Assembly (NCBI RefSeq): GCF_000400465.1
Contig: NW_008806292.1
Location: 30,001 to 62,000 of the forward strand
DNA length: 32,000 bases
Source: Wallemia ichthyophaga EXF-994
Lineage: Eukaryota > Fungi > Basidiomycota
Reading direction: 5' to 3'
The position numbers were made by a program, and so were the translations under genes. Positions within the stretch are counted from its first letter, which is position 1; each line of letters begins with the position of its first letter. A model generated the notes under the pieces. That model worked only from the letters and a program-made list of their open reading frames with translations, had not been told where the DNA came from and did no database searches. This document shows positions 1 through 13,781 of this stretch, piece by piece.

Positions 1-34
1 CGCCATGCCTCACTAGCGTCAGTATCAACCGCAT
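1..34 (-). CDS. 5' end (partial) of a histidine phosphatase / phosphoglycerate mutase-family protein, running off the left edge
   Basis: Minus strand from ATG at 34 reads MRLILTLVRHG, the N-terminal beta-strand plus RHG catalytic motif of the histidine phosphatase superfamily. Only 11 codons are visible. Confidence 0.7.
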   Translation of the reverse strand, partial: MRLILTLVRHG

Positions 35-213
35 CTTTTTCGTGTTTGTATATGTGCGGGAGTGAGAGTGGAGTTATACGTTGATTTTCCTGACTAGTAT
101 CGATTAATGCATGTGATTATCTTTTTATCTGCGAGTACACGGAAGTTGCCCTTGTTCTACTATCCAATGGTGTTTGTTTGTCGGGTGCAAAATTTCGCTT
201 GAAATGACGTCAC

Positions 214-982
214 TCAATTTGATTTTTTGGAATGGGCGGGAGTGTCTGGCGCTGGCTTCTTTGAATCCTCTGAAACTGGCTGTCTCCTCGGCTTGCCATC
301 CTCCTCCTCTTTCTCTCTGTGCTCCTCCTCAGCGACGAAATACTTCCAATCATCGCCGCCACTATCAGCCTTCTTCTGCTGCGACAACTGCTCCTCGCCT
401 CTGACGCGAATCTGGCTGAGGGAAGCGGTAGCGATAAGGACAGCGAGGGTGGAAACCTGTGCTGCCATTCTCGCCTGCACCAACTTCTGCGAGAAGGTCT
501 GCGTGGGGTTGCGCCCCCAGATATACGCGCCCGATCCGATCATGCTACCGAACCAGCTACCCACGACAAACTTGAATCTGTTTTCCTTGGCTGCGAGAAG
601 AATCCTCTCAGAGGTGGACAGATACGCCTCTCTGCGTGCTCGCTCTTGGGTGTGTTTCTCGAGTATCTCCACGCTGTCGACATCCTCGTTCTTCCACTGC
701 GACCGCATGTGGTCTTCGTATGCAAATTCGGCGTTGGTTGCGCCACAAAGGAGCGTGCCGACGAGCATCAGCCAGCCTTTTTGGACGGGTGGCTGGGCGG
801 CGATGACTGGGTAGCGGCGCCCTGCGAGGAATAAACCTGCTGCTGAGCTGGGTTGTGTGAGTGTGTGTGGCTCATGTTCTCAGATACACTCACAGCGACG
901 ATCCAAGTAGCGCTCCTTTTAGCCCACCAAGCGCTGTTGCGCGCCCACTGGCATCCATCTGCTCCTGCGTAATTAATTTCAT
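214..982 (-). CDS. RCF2: HIG1-domain respiratory supercomplex factor 2-like mitochondrial membrane protein
   Basis: Exons 894-982 and 214-847; intron 848-893 (GTGAGT..CAG). Spliced N-terminus MKLITQEQMDASGRATALGGLKGALLGSSL; HIG1 motif 'QKLVQARMAAQVSTLAVLIATA'. Confidence 0.8.
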
Positions 983-1078
983 TGTGGGTGTCGTAGTGGG
1001 AGACGAGGAGATGACGATATTTCCATCTCTCGTACGACCATCATCGAATTGTAATATTTTATTAATCAAAACATAGAG

Positions 1079-3175
<2,097 letters not shown>

Positions 3176-3251
3176 AGGCATTTGTAACTCTATCAGACTA
3201 CTACTAGCCAGTATCTGGCAATATACAAGATTAAATTATTATTACACTCTC

Positions 3252-4323
3252 ATGCCACCACCACCATCGTCATCAGTGCTATCTACGCTATCGGATGAAG
3301 TGAGGTGGCTGGGGCTGATAATACCTACGGCGATGCTCGGTGTGCTTACGCGTCTGGCGCTGGTGAGCTTGACGACGTACGCGTCGCCCACGCTCTCGCC
3401 GGATGTGTATCCGCAAGCTGTCGGCTGTTTCGTCATCGGCGTGGCAAGCAGCCTGAAGCCGAGTCTGGAGTATATGTGAGTGAGGACTGGTGGTGTATTC
3501 ATAAAATACTCACAGTCACCCGCACCAATCCAGCCTCAAAGACTCGTCGATGGCTATCACGACAGGCTACAGTGGGTCAGTGACGACGTACGCGACATTT
3601 ATGCTGGACGTGTTCAAGGGATACACCTACATAACGCCATCGTACTACACTCCTCGCGGTGCAAAGGGCGCTGCGTTCGATGTGCTCGGACAGCTGCTAT
3701 CCACTACGGCCGTCTCTATTAGCTGTGTGCAATTGGGATTAGGTATCGGTGGTACAATTCAGGACTTTGTGGCTGTGAGGCTGAGGCTGCCAGAGAAGCC
3801 GCTACCGTTGCAAACACGCACCCACTCCCGCAACATCACAGCACTCGTAGCCGCCGTTTTGCTCGGTGTGTCGTCCTACGCTATCACTCTCCCACTCGCC
3901 CTCGCTCCATCTACCTCATCGCTGCGATCGTGGGTATATGCGCTGCTGTTCGCGCCAGCAGGTGCACTCGTGCGGCATAAACTTGCTCAGTTCCTCAACG
4001 GCCGTGGTGCACTACCTTATGGCACTCTCGCTGCAAATGTACTTGGCACACTGCTCACTTGTGTGGGATACGGCCTCGTGCATCTCGACGGCAGCAACGG
4101 TGGCGCGGTGCGCTGCCGCGTTCTGCACGCTACTATGGACGGTCTCGGCGGTGCTATGTCTACAGTTAGCACCCTCGCCATGGAGCTCAACGGCATGGGC
4201 GTCTCGCGCAGAGCTGCCGTCTACGCTGCTGTCTCTCTAGCCACCGCTCAGGCCGTCTGTATCGTTGTAGTTGGCAGCATAAAGTGGTCCGAAAGAGGCT
4301 TTGGTGTTGCCTGCTCTGTGTAG
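3252..4323 (+). CDS. FEX1: Fluoride exporter FEX (tandem CrcB/Fluc domains)
   Basis: Exons 3252-3475 and 3516-4323; intron 3476-3515. Two CrcB-like repeats: GVLTRL..GYSGSVTTYATF and GALVRH..GTLAANVLG..GLGGAMSTVSTLAMEL, with many hydrophobic helices. Confidence 0.85.
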
Positions 4324-4467
4324 ACACCTCATACAGTTTGGGATATAGAATAATTTTACTTAATTTATTTTGAAACATGAAAAATGGTTATAATGCTATT
4401 ACGTGTATAATAATATTCCAATGCTAAAATACAAATCTGTGAAATAAATGCGTTGTGTTCATTGCGC

Positions 4468-5590
<1,123 letters not shown>

Positions 5591-6141
5591 TCTGCTATTT
5601 AATGTATTACTTGTATTATCGATGTATTTTATCCAAAACTTATCAGCGAAATTTGGTTGAAAATCCACAATACTGTGCCTTGTTTAACCTTTGAAATGAT
5701 TGTACAAATCGGTGAACTACTATAATTGCAGTGGAGGTGCATCAAAGAGCTCTCTAGATGCATTTCCTTGAATACCCCTTTCCGTAGTCGATTTTGATAA
5801 TCCTGATTTTATCTGTCTTGAGACATCGATGTCATAATCGACAGAATAATGCTGAGTCATGTTTTCATGTTCAAATATTCTGCTAAATCCTTCCTCTGAA
5901 TAAAGATTCTATTGATGTACTTTTTGGACTTTACGTTTACGTTTATGGATGTCAGCAATGATGGAAACTGAGTTGAGCTGTGGCTTATGATAATATTTTC
6001 GATCATGTTATTGATACCTGCAATCTATCGTCTTATTCAGCTGGTTCAGCTTCATAAATGATGTCGACATGATTTTGAGTAGCACCGTAAAATTGGCCTT
6101 AGCCTTAAAGAATTAAATGCGTCATGTCTTGGTTATTCAAT

Positions 6142-7632
6142 TTACATTCCAAAACCAGTAGGTCCACAGGTGTCAACAACAGCCCTACAGACAGCCACTT
6201 CATCGCGATATACACCCGCAATCATCCACACCTTCATGTAACGCGCTAAAGTAGCATGTGTCAAATCAACGCTACTCAGAGCCGCACGTGTTTTCCAAAC
6301 ACCGTTCTCCGGTGCTGCGACAGTCTCCAATACGCCATTCTCGCTATTCCTGCTAGCGTTCAGAATTGCAATCTCAAGTATAGGGCCATATGAGGCAACG
6401 AGTTGGCAACAGCTGTAGAACGGCCAGTGTGGAGGTGTTGTTGATGCACTCTGCGACTGGTAGACCTCATCGACTCTTATCCAATGAAGCATTTGTTGGG
6501 AAGATTCTCGGATTGCATGCAGACTTGCACAAAGGCTGGCGTCCAAATTCCCACTACTGGGCATTACGAACATGTCGTTAAGCAGCATTTCCATCTCGCT
6601 CATCTTCTGCCTGAACGAACACGACTGGAAATCGAATGTCATGTCAGCAAACCACGCCTGACGGTGTAAATGAACACGCGAAGCCAGTAGCATCATTGTA
6701 GAAGTAAAGTTGAGCTCCTTTATTGTAAAGTTTTCATCCGAGTGGTATGACGACTGTGTGAGAGCGAGCTGGTTTGTAATCATCGTGTCGAGTGCACTGA
6801 CACGCTCGAAGTTTAATCTGCCGTCGATTTTTGTTGATTCACTCAATATCAGCGCGGACTTAATACGCCCATCGTATGCTTGCTGCAGTGTTACGTCTGT
6901 TGCGATTGAATTGGCATCAATGTCAATAATAGTTAAAGAGTTAATTTGACGAGCTATCTGACCACTCGTACTCAAATGAAGCAGTACATCCAACAGATAT
7001 ATCTGGTATTGTCAGATGGAGCCGTGCTAAAAAAGCGCACCCACCTCCCACCAAATTCTGCCGTAGATTGAGCTCAACGGGTCGTCGAATGGGTCTATTC
7101 TAGGTGACCTTGTATTCAAACCCAACTCCAGTGCTACTCTGCAAACATAAGACAAATGATATTGAGCTGCTTCTGTGTTATTAGCCCCATAATCGTCATG
7201 AATAGTGTATATCAAGCCAATGATTGAACGCAAATCGCATTTGTGTGTTAGAATGGCCTCCTCAGCGAGTGACAGCATTGATGCTCTATCGCTAATTACA
7301 TCCAAGCCCTTGAAGTTATCAGAGATTGTCAAAGCAGCGTAGTAGACTAGATCGTGTACCTGCTCAACATCCTCGCTGCCTATTAGGGGAACACCCCTCG
7401 AATAAGCTTCAAACATATCCAAAGTAACTGCTTTTGCCGTTGTTTTTGATGGCCTGCCCGTCTTTTTACTCGCTTGCCATATGCATTCCAATCCACTCTT
7501 CCTGCACCGCTCACAGGCGAGTTGGGCAGCGGAGAGATTGGAATCGCTGAAAGATGGCGCATCTCCTCCAACGCACTTGGTTTTGCTACTCCTACAGTTG
7601 ACGCAGGCTATTTTCTTTTCACTGCAGCTCAT
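6142..7632 (-). CDS. Zn(II)2Cys6 fungal transcription factor
   Basis: Exons 7045-7632 and 6142-7002; intron 7003-7044. Binuclear cluster CVNC-x6-C-x19-CERC-x6-C followed by a basic linker (KKTGRPSK). The spliced junction gives 'GRIWWEIYLLD', typical of the fungal TF middle-homology region. Confidence 0.88.
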
Positions 7633-7751
7633 AAGGGAGCATCGGGGGATTCTCGGCGTGTTGGTGAGTTTAACAAACTCCCCGTAAACTGTCCGAGGCG
7701 GTGGCTATAAAAAGCGATCTCGGTAGCTCTCTATTAAGACTACCATCGAAA

Positions 7752-9558
7752 ATGTCAGCACTCGCGTGGACCGACATTAGCTTCACCGAGATCCTTAAAC
7801 CCTTATCTGGGAATGTGAACCCAGGCGGAATGACGGCAGGTGAGAATAGGTTTATTCTACACCTCCACATGATAAACTAATGGTGCTTCAGTCATGGGAC
7901 CCTCAGGTTCTGGTAAAACCACTCTCCTCGAGTGTCTCAGCGGGAGAAAGAAGACGACCAAAGGCTCAGTCGTCTGCTCAGACTCTGCCTCATTCTGCGA
8001 GCAGCACGATGCCCTACTTGGGGTATTCACAGTGCAAGAAACACTCACATACTCCGCACGGCTCAGTTTGCCTCGCGCATCACCAGATGTCATAGCCCAG
8101 CGAGTTAACTCGGTAATTGAAGGTCTTGGTCTCACGTCAGTATCCAACAATCGTATAGGTACACCAATCCAGAGGGGCATATCAGGCGGACAGAAACGAC
8201 GCGTCAGCATTGCATGCTCATTAGTCCAGTTCCCAGATGTTCTGTTCCTCGATGAGCCCACTTCCGGTTTGGACACTGCGACCGCATACCAGGTAATGCA
8301 TGCTATCGGGAATATGGCATCAATGCACCACATAGCTGTTATAGCTACCATTCACAGTCCCAATTGGGAGATATTCACTCTATTCAACAATCTCATACTG
8401 CTGTCAAAAGGCGAAAGCGTATACAATGGAAACATCAACCAACTAGTGCCGTATTTTGGGAAATTGGGTTATCGTTTTCCGCAATACTCGAATCCCGCAG
8501 ATGTCGTTATGGGGTTGGTCAACACTGATTTTAACAATGAGTCAAGTGCAGATATAGAGGAAGGCGGTGTCAGTCAGCTAGACTCATTAGTGCAGGCGTG
8601 GAAAGAGAATGGAAGCGAGGATCATCAGCAAAAGTTTGAGTCACTTCCACCACCACGCAAATCACAGCCCAAGGAAAACTTTCTCAACTTCTCCAACAAG
8701 ACTTACACTTTAATACAGCGGAATCTTGTCAACTATTCGCGTAACCTGCTTGCTTATGGTGTTCGCATGGCCATGTATGTAGGTTTGGGAGTGCTGCTCG
8801 CTACCATCTGGGTGAACCTTAAACAATCAGACGACAGACTTAACGATAGGCTTTCAGTTCACTTTTTTTCAGTAGCATTCCTCTCATTCATGTCGGTGGC
8901 GGGAATACCCAGTTACTTGGAAGAACGAAGTGTGTTACGTAGAGAGCGTGCGAACGGGCTTTATGGTTCGCTTCCATTTACTATCGCTCAAACGATCACC
9001 ATCCTTCCGTTCCTCTTTATCTGCACACTCATCTTTTCGGTCATCTGCTACTGGTCTATCGGTTTACACGGGGGTGCGAATCACTTCTTTAGGTGGATGT
9101 CTACACTCTACTTGTGCATACTTAATGCCGAGTTTCAGTCTTTGTTGATCGCTAGTATGTTCCCCATCTTCATCACTTCTCTCGCGATAGCTGCCTTTGT
9201 TAATGGTTTCTTCATGTGCGTTCAGGGATACTTCATTCGCGCTGTCAATCTCCCACGCTTCTGGTACTATTGGGCTCATTGGATTGATTATCAGACATAC
9301 GGATTCGCGATTCTCACCAAATCTGATCTTGAAGGATTGACTTTTAGTTGCGCTGGTGATGTTGGGAATCGGAGCTGTCAATGCTCTTATCCAAGTTCGT
9401 TAATTGATCAAGGCGTTTGCGCTGTGGCAGGAGGTGATGTGTTGAAGGAGCTAAATTATGATGGTATTTCAATCACGCTTTATGCATTCATCCTACTCAT
9501 CATCATGGTGGTCTATCGCATCTTATTCTACATTGTACTGCGCTTCGAGCGTAAATAG
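7752..9558 (+). CDS. ABCG (White-family) half-size ABC transporter, NBD-TMD
   Basis: Exons 7752-7839 and 7892-9558; intron 7840-7891. Walker A GPSGSGKT, signature ISGGQKRR, Walker B VLFLDEPTSGLD, H-loop IHSP, C-terminal ABC2 membrane domain. Confidence 0.94.
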
Positions 9559-9571
9559 ATTTTTGAAGATT

Positions 9572-10609
9572 TCATCTCACACTCATCTTCCTCTTTATAT
9601 GATCTAATGTCTCGATATCCACGTTAAGTGTGCTATTTATTCTCTTCAACGACTTTGCTTGATCCACTCTATTGCTAGCCATTGATAGCGCGGAAAGACC
9701 GAGACAATTGTGCAACACATCTGGAAGCTCGTCTGGATACTTTGCAATACCACCGAGGGGATGTAAGCAGCTGAGTATGAAGTTACCATCCTGTGCATCA
9801 TCGAATATGTCGAATGACGGTGGTAGACTGGATATGGCTTTGAGACTATTAAAAGCACCTCTAATCCAAAACGAGTAGCATGCATCGCTATCTTTGTTAG
9901 TACGACCCTGAAAACCATCAACTTGACGCTGCGATAACCATCTTAGGGTGGAAGAGACGTCCTCTTCATTTAGTAATGTTGACGATTGGTTTAAGTGCTG
10001 CGATATCATCTCGAGACTGGCTAATGCACAGTATGTAGTGCCGCCTTGACCTTCACCATTAGGCATTTGAGCATAGGAGCCATCGTACGAGCGACATGCG
10101 TGTATGTATGCAATTGTGGTGGGTATATGCACCTCGCTGAAGTCATTAATGAGAGTGCTTGTTGCACAGGCGCAGTAGACTAAGCGGATATCAGATTCAG
10201 AGTTTGTAGGAGTGGGACTGAAAGAGCCGTCTGCATGTCTGCGATCTCGGATGGATTTTAGAATGCCTGGCTTGTCTAGACGTGTAAAGTCATCGCGTAG
10301 CAAACCTAAAAGGAGAATAGCGGCGTAAGTCATGGTTAGGTTTGATGGGTCGAATATAGGTGGGTTGTTAATAGATAAGCTGCCTCTAAAGCCTCCACCG
10401 AGTCCGAAATCCAATTGACACTTGTAAATGTAATCAATATAAGAAATCGTGGATTGTTGGGGTAAACATTCTCCGATGATCCCAAACGCCTCGATTAAAA
10501 AGTAAGCCAAAGTGAGTCTAGCAGAGTCATTCGATTCGTATGCGCTCGGCAGGAGATTCAAATGACGATGTAAGAATTTTGATATCAACGCGTTGCTCTC
10601 GTCGACCAT
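9572..10609 (-). CDS. CDC43: Geranylgeranyltransferase type I beta subunit
   Basis: Single exon; start inferred at ATG 10609 (MVDESNALISKFLHRHLNLLP..RLTLAYF). Prenyltransferase repeats DIRLVYCA, GGTTYCALASL, GFQGRTNKDSDACYSFW and DVLHNCLGL carry the Zn ligands D, C and H. Confidence 0.88.
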   Translation of the reverse strand: MVDESNALISKFLHRHLNLLPSAYESNDSARLTLAYFLIEAFGIIGECLPQQSTISYIDYIYKCQLDFGLGGGFRGSLSINNPPIFDPSNLTMTYAAILLLGLLRDDFTRLDKPGILKSIRDRRHADGSFSPTPTNSESDIRLVYCACATSTLINDFSEVHIPTTIAYIHACRSYDGSYAQMPNGEGQGGTTYCALASLEMISQHLNQSSTLLNEEDVSSTLRWLSQRQVDGFQGRTNKDSDACYSFWIRGAFNSLKAISSLPPSFDIFDDAQDGNFILSCLHPLGGIAKYPDELPDVLHNCLGLSALSMASNRVDQAKSLKRINSTLNVDIETLDHIKRKMSVR

Positions 10610-10640
10610 CACCGATAACGCTGAACAAATATCGTGTAGA

Positions 10641-12214
10641 ATGATAATAGTCGCAGCCAAGTTTAGAAAATTTAAATTCAAGTTCAAGTCACAGCGAACG
10701 CATACTATACACAGTCTACTGAGAAATCCAGTTATATTTAACCCAATTCGCAAACCACGAAATCCAATTGTTCTGTGTCATGGTGTGTTATAAACCAATT
10801 GAAGCCCGATCTAACTCAATCATAGGCCTATATGGATTCGACGTATGGACACCCCCTGGAATACCAAAACTACAACTACATTACTGGGCTGACCTGATGG
10901 ACATTCTCCGTAACAAAATAGGCGCTGAAGTTATCGTTACCGGTGTTCCCGGCACCGGCTCTGTGAAAGAAAGAGCTGAAGCTATGGATCTGCAATTGAA
11001 GAACTCAGTACGCGGAAAAGAAATAAACTTCTTGGCCCATTCTATGGTGAGATTATTTGTCCTCATAGCTCTATTATAGCCCCTTTAACACCTCAGCAGG
11101 GTGGTCTCGACTGTCGTCATTTACTCACTCATATTCGCCCCAACGAATACAAACCACGCTCACTTACGACAATTTCAACGCCTCATCGTGGCTCTCCGTT
11201 TATGGATTGGTGTGCTGTGAGTTTGACGCTGTAATTCTATCTCAAGAATCAAAGACTCAACGACTCACAACTCAGGCCAACATCGGTATTGGTGCACAAG
11301 CAATCCAGGACACTGCAGACGCCAGCAGCCAGCCACTGAGTGTCCCTAGCATGCCTCTTTCACTCAAATCGCCTCTCCTCCAAGCTCAACCCAAGACACA
11401 CACAGCCGACATCACTAACAATCCAAATCAGAAAGACAGCGAAAATCAATCAAAACTCTCAATGCCTTCTCTACCTGCCATATCACTACCTCTCGCTTTC
11501 ACTTCCTCCCTCTCGAGTTATCTCCTGGCGCTTCTCGATTCTCCTGCCTACGCCAACCTCACAACTGCATTTACTAACGGTATCTTCAACCCACGTACTC
11601 CCGACGTGGATAATATAAAATACTACTCCATCGCCGCGCGTCATCCTGGTCTGGGCTGGTGGCATCCACTCTTCCTCCCGCAATTAGTACTCGAGGCCTC
11701 AGCCAAGGCTAGTATGAGAGAGGCCGAGGGTAAAGTGGGAAGCGAGTACGAAGGAAATGACGGTCTAGTCAGTGTATCATCTGCAAAGTGGGGTGAATTC
11801 TTGGGCGTGATTGATGGTGTTGATCATTGGTGGATGAGAGGATCTAGGGGTTTTCCCAAGGAGAAGAAGAGCACTACAGTAACGGATGCAACGACGAACA
11901 CGAAGCAAAATATTTATAGTACGCCAGAATCTAATTGGCAGGATGTCAACAAGCAAATAGAGAGTAATTGGAGGGGAGAGAACGTTGAAAGTTATCCAGG
12001 TACGAGTAGCACGTCTGGAACGTCTAATGAAAGTGATCCCAGCGCATCCAGTAGCGTTTCTTCAATTGCTAAATGGTTCAGTGATCGGATACCAAACACT
12101 TCACAAGAAAATCAATCTGGACACAAGGCTGACGAAGGTGGGTTAGATAAAGGTATGGATAGAGAACAGTTTTACATAGCGCTGTGCCACAAATTATATC
12201 AAGATGGATTGTAA
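10641..12214 (+). CDS. TGL2: Tgl2-like alpha/beta-hydrolase lipase, probably mitochondrial
   Basis: Exons 10641-10782, 10826-11046, 11100-11216, 11276-12214 (1419 nt). Motifs PIVLCHGLYGFD, nucleophile AHSMGGLDCR, TPHRGS, NDGLVSVSSAKWG, VDH. N-terminus is basic and presequence-like. Confidence 0.85.
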
Positions 12215-12305
12215 TATATTGCTATAGAATAGATTTGTGTTAGTTAAAATCTTCACTTGAATGTGCGAAGGGCTTTGACGTAAACAAACACCGTATACCG
12301 CAATC

Positions 12306-13160
12306 ATGAAGAGCAAAGTCAAGTTCAATCACTTACCAAATACATTCCTTCTCCAATTAATCAAAATTGAGCCAAATATTGGATTGACATGTAAGGAGTT
12401 ATTTGATATCGGCAAGGCTGTTCGTTATGCGGCGTTGATTGGACCTGGACACATGACGAACAATTCTATATCAACCAAGCCTGCAAACTTCAGTCAAATC
12501 GCAAAGTTTGTTAGATTCCTATCCGAATTCTGCCATTACGAGTACGCTAACAAAGTCAAAACTCTTTCTCTGCCGTATCAAACAGCGACAGATAATGCAA
12601 AGGATTTATACGAAGAAATGAAAAAGTCTATTAAGCGCTTCAAGTTGGAGAATATCGTTTTCAATCAACCTCCACATGATGAGTTGTGGGACTTTATTCC
12701 GATCAAACGTGGTATCAAATCAATTACAATATACTCACAAGACGAATCAATTCCTATTGAAGACCTTGTTAAGATCTGCTTGTCTAAGCTACCCACAATC
12801 AAAAACCTCCGACTGCACTTCCTGCAAGATGACATAAGAAAATTTTCAAAAATTGATGATTTTGAACCAACACAAAACACACGAATCAACTCAATTGAGA
12901 CATTAACACTGAGAGCTATACAAGTTGGTCATAAGCATAGTAGCAAGCAACATCCACAACTGAAGCATCAGTTGAAAGATGTGAGTGAAAATGTCGCTAA
13001 GTTCGATGACCATCTCGAGGCAACAAGAATGTTTAGATTCGGTAGTGAGATTGTTATAGATGGTGACAAGACTCTTATGCTGGGTAGAGTTTATGAGATC
13101 GATCCACCTTCTTATGAACATGTGGCTGAATTCTTTGATAACTTTAAGATAATTGAGTAG
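12306..13160 (+). CDS. Hypothetical 284-aa protein, possibly a degenerate F-box/LRR protein
   Basis: Intronless, AT-rich ORF with an AATCATG start. The N-terminal 'FNHLPNTFLLQLIK..IGLTCKELFDI' resembles an F-box; later 'IKNLRLHF' and 'IETLTLRA' segments are LRR-like. The family call is by eye only. Confidence 0.6.
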   Translation: MKSKVKFNHLPNTFLLQLIKIEPNIGLTCKELFDIGKAVRYAALIGPGHMTNNSISTKPANFSQIAKFVRFLSEFCHYEYANKVKTLSLPYQTATDNAKDLYEEMKKSIKRFKLENIVFNQPPHDELWDFIPIKRGIKSITIYSQDESIPIEDLVKICLSKLPTIKNLRLHFLQDDIRKFSKIDDFEPTQNTRINSIETLTLRAIQVGHKHSSKQHPQLKHQLKDVSENVAKFDDHLEATRMFRFGSEIVIDGDKTLMLGRVYEIDPPSYEHVAEFFDNFKIIE

Positions 13161-13290
13161 AGTAGTTGCTGCTTGGATGATACATCACTATATTGCTTCT
13201 TACACCTACTATATACCTCTCGTATACCTTTTCTTGCTGTATTGATTCAAACTCTCAATTCATGTTCTCATTTCTTCAATCCATTCAGTC

Positions 13291-13768
13291 ATGTTATCAC
13301 TAACAACCAATCTGATTAAGTCATCAGTCACTAGACTTTTCAGTACTTCACAACCTGCTTACAAATTTGGCTTGAGAAATCACAAGGGTGGTGCGTTATA
13401 TCATTAGCAGTCTGAGGATACGGCAATCTAAAAAGACCTCAACAGCCGCAGCTAGATGGAAAGCAATAGGAAACAATCAATTTACAAGGGTTAGTGGGTT
13501 GTTTGGGTAAGACGGAACCTGCTAACACTTTTCCCCGTAAAGAAGAAGGCAGGAAGGAACGTGAGTTGGAGTGGATTAAACGGCAACACTTCTCTCTTAT
13601 CACCTCCACAGCACAAGAATTACCATCTTAGTCCAGAACAAACGAATAGATTGGCAAACGGTGCATTAGCTCATGGTACACAGTGAGTATGACGAGTTGA
13701 GCATTTGCAAACTCGCTCAAACCACCCACAGCAAACAGAGACTATCAAGACTATTACCAAATGTATAA
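13291..13768 (+). CDS. Mitochondrial ribosomal protein bL35m (five exons, not in ORF track)
   Basis: Exons 13291-13390, 13446-13489, 13543-13560, 13612-13682, 13732-13768 (270 nt); four GT-AG introns of 49-55 nt. Product MLSLTTNLIKSSVTRLFSTSQPAYKFGLRNHKGAAARWKAIGNNQFTRKKAGRNHKNYHLSPEQTNRLANGALAHGTHKQRLSRLLPNV matches the L35 pattern (K-T/N-H-x-G-A-x-x-R-F/W..KAGRxH..LLP) after a presequence. Confidence 0.88.
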
Positions 13769-13781
13769 ATTATAAGCTCGT

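Noticed and set aside
3400-4200. Divergent Fluc motifs in FEX (Q for N in the first repeat; GYSGSVTTY and GLGGAMSTV instead of GFCGxxTTFS)
   Set aside because: Asymmetric degeneration of one pore is an established feature of eukaryotic FEX proteins, so this is not novel on present evidence.
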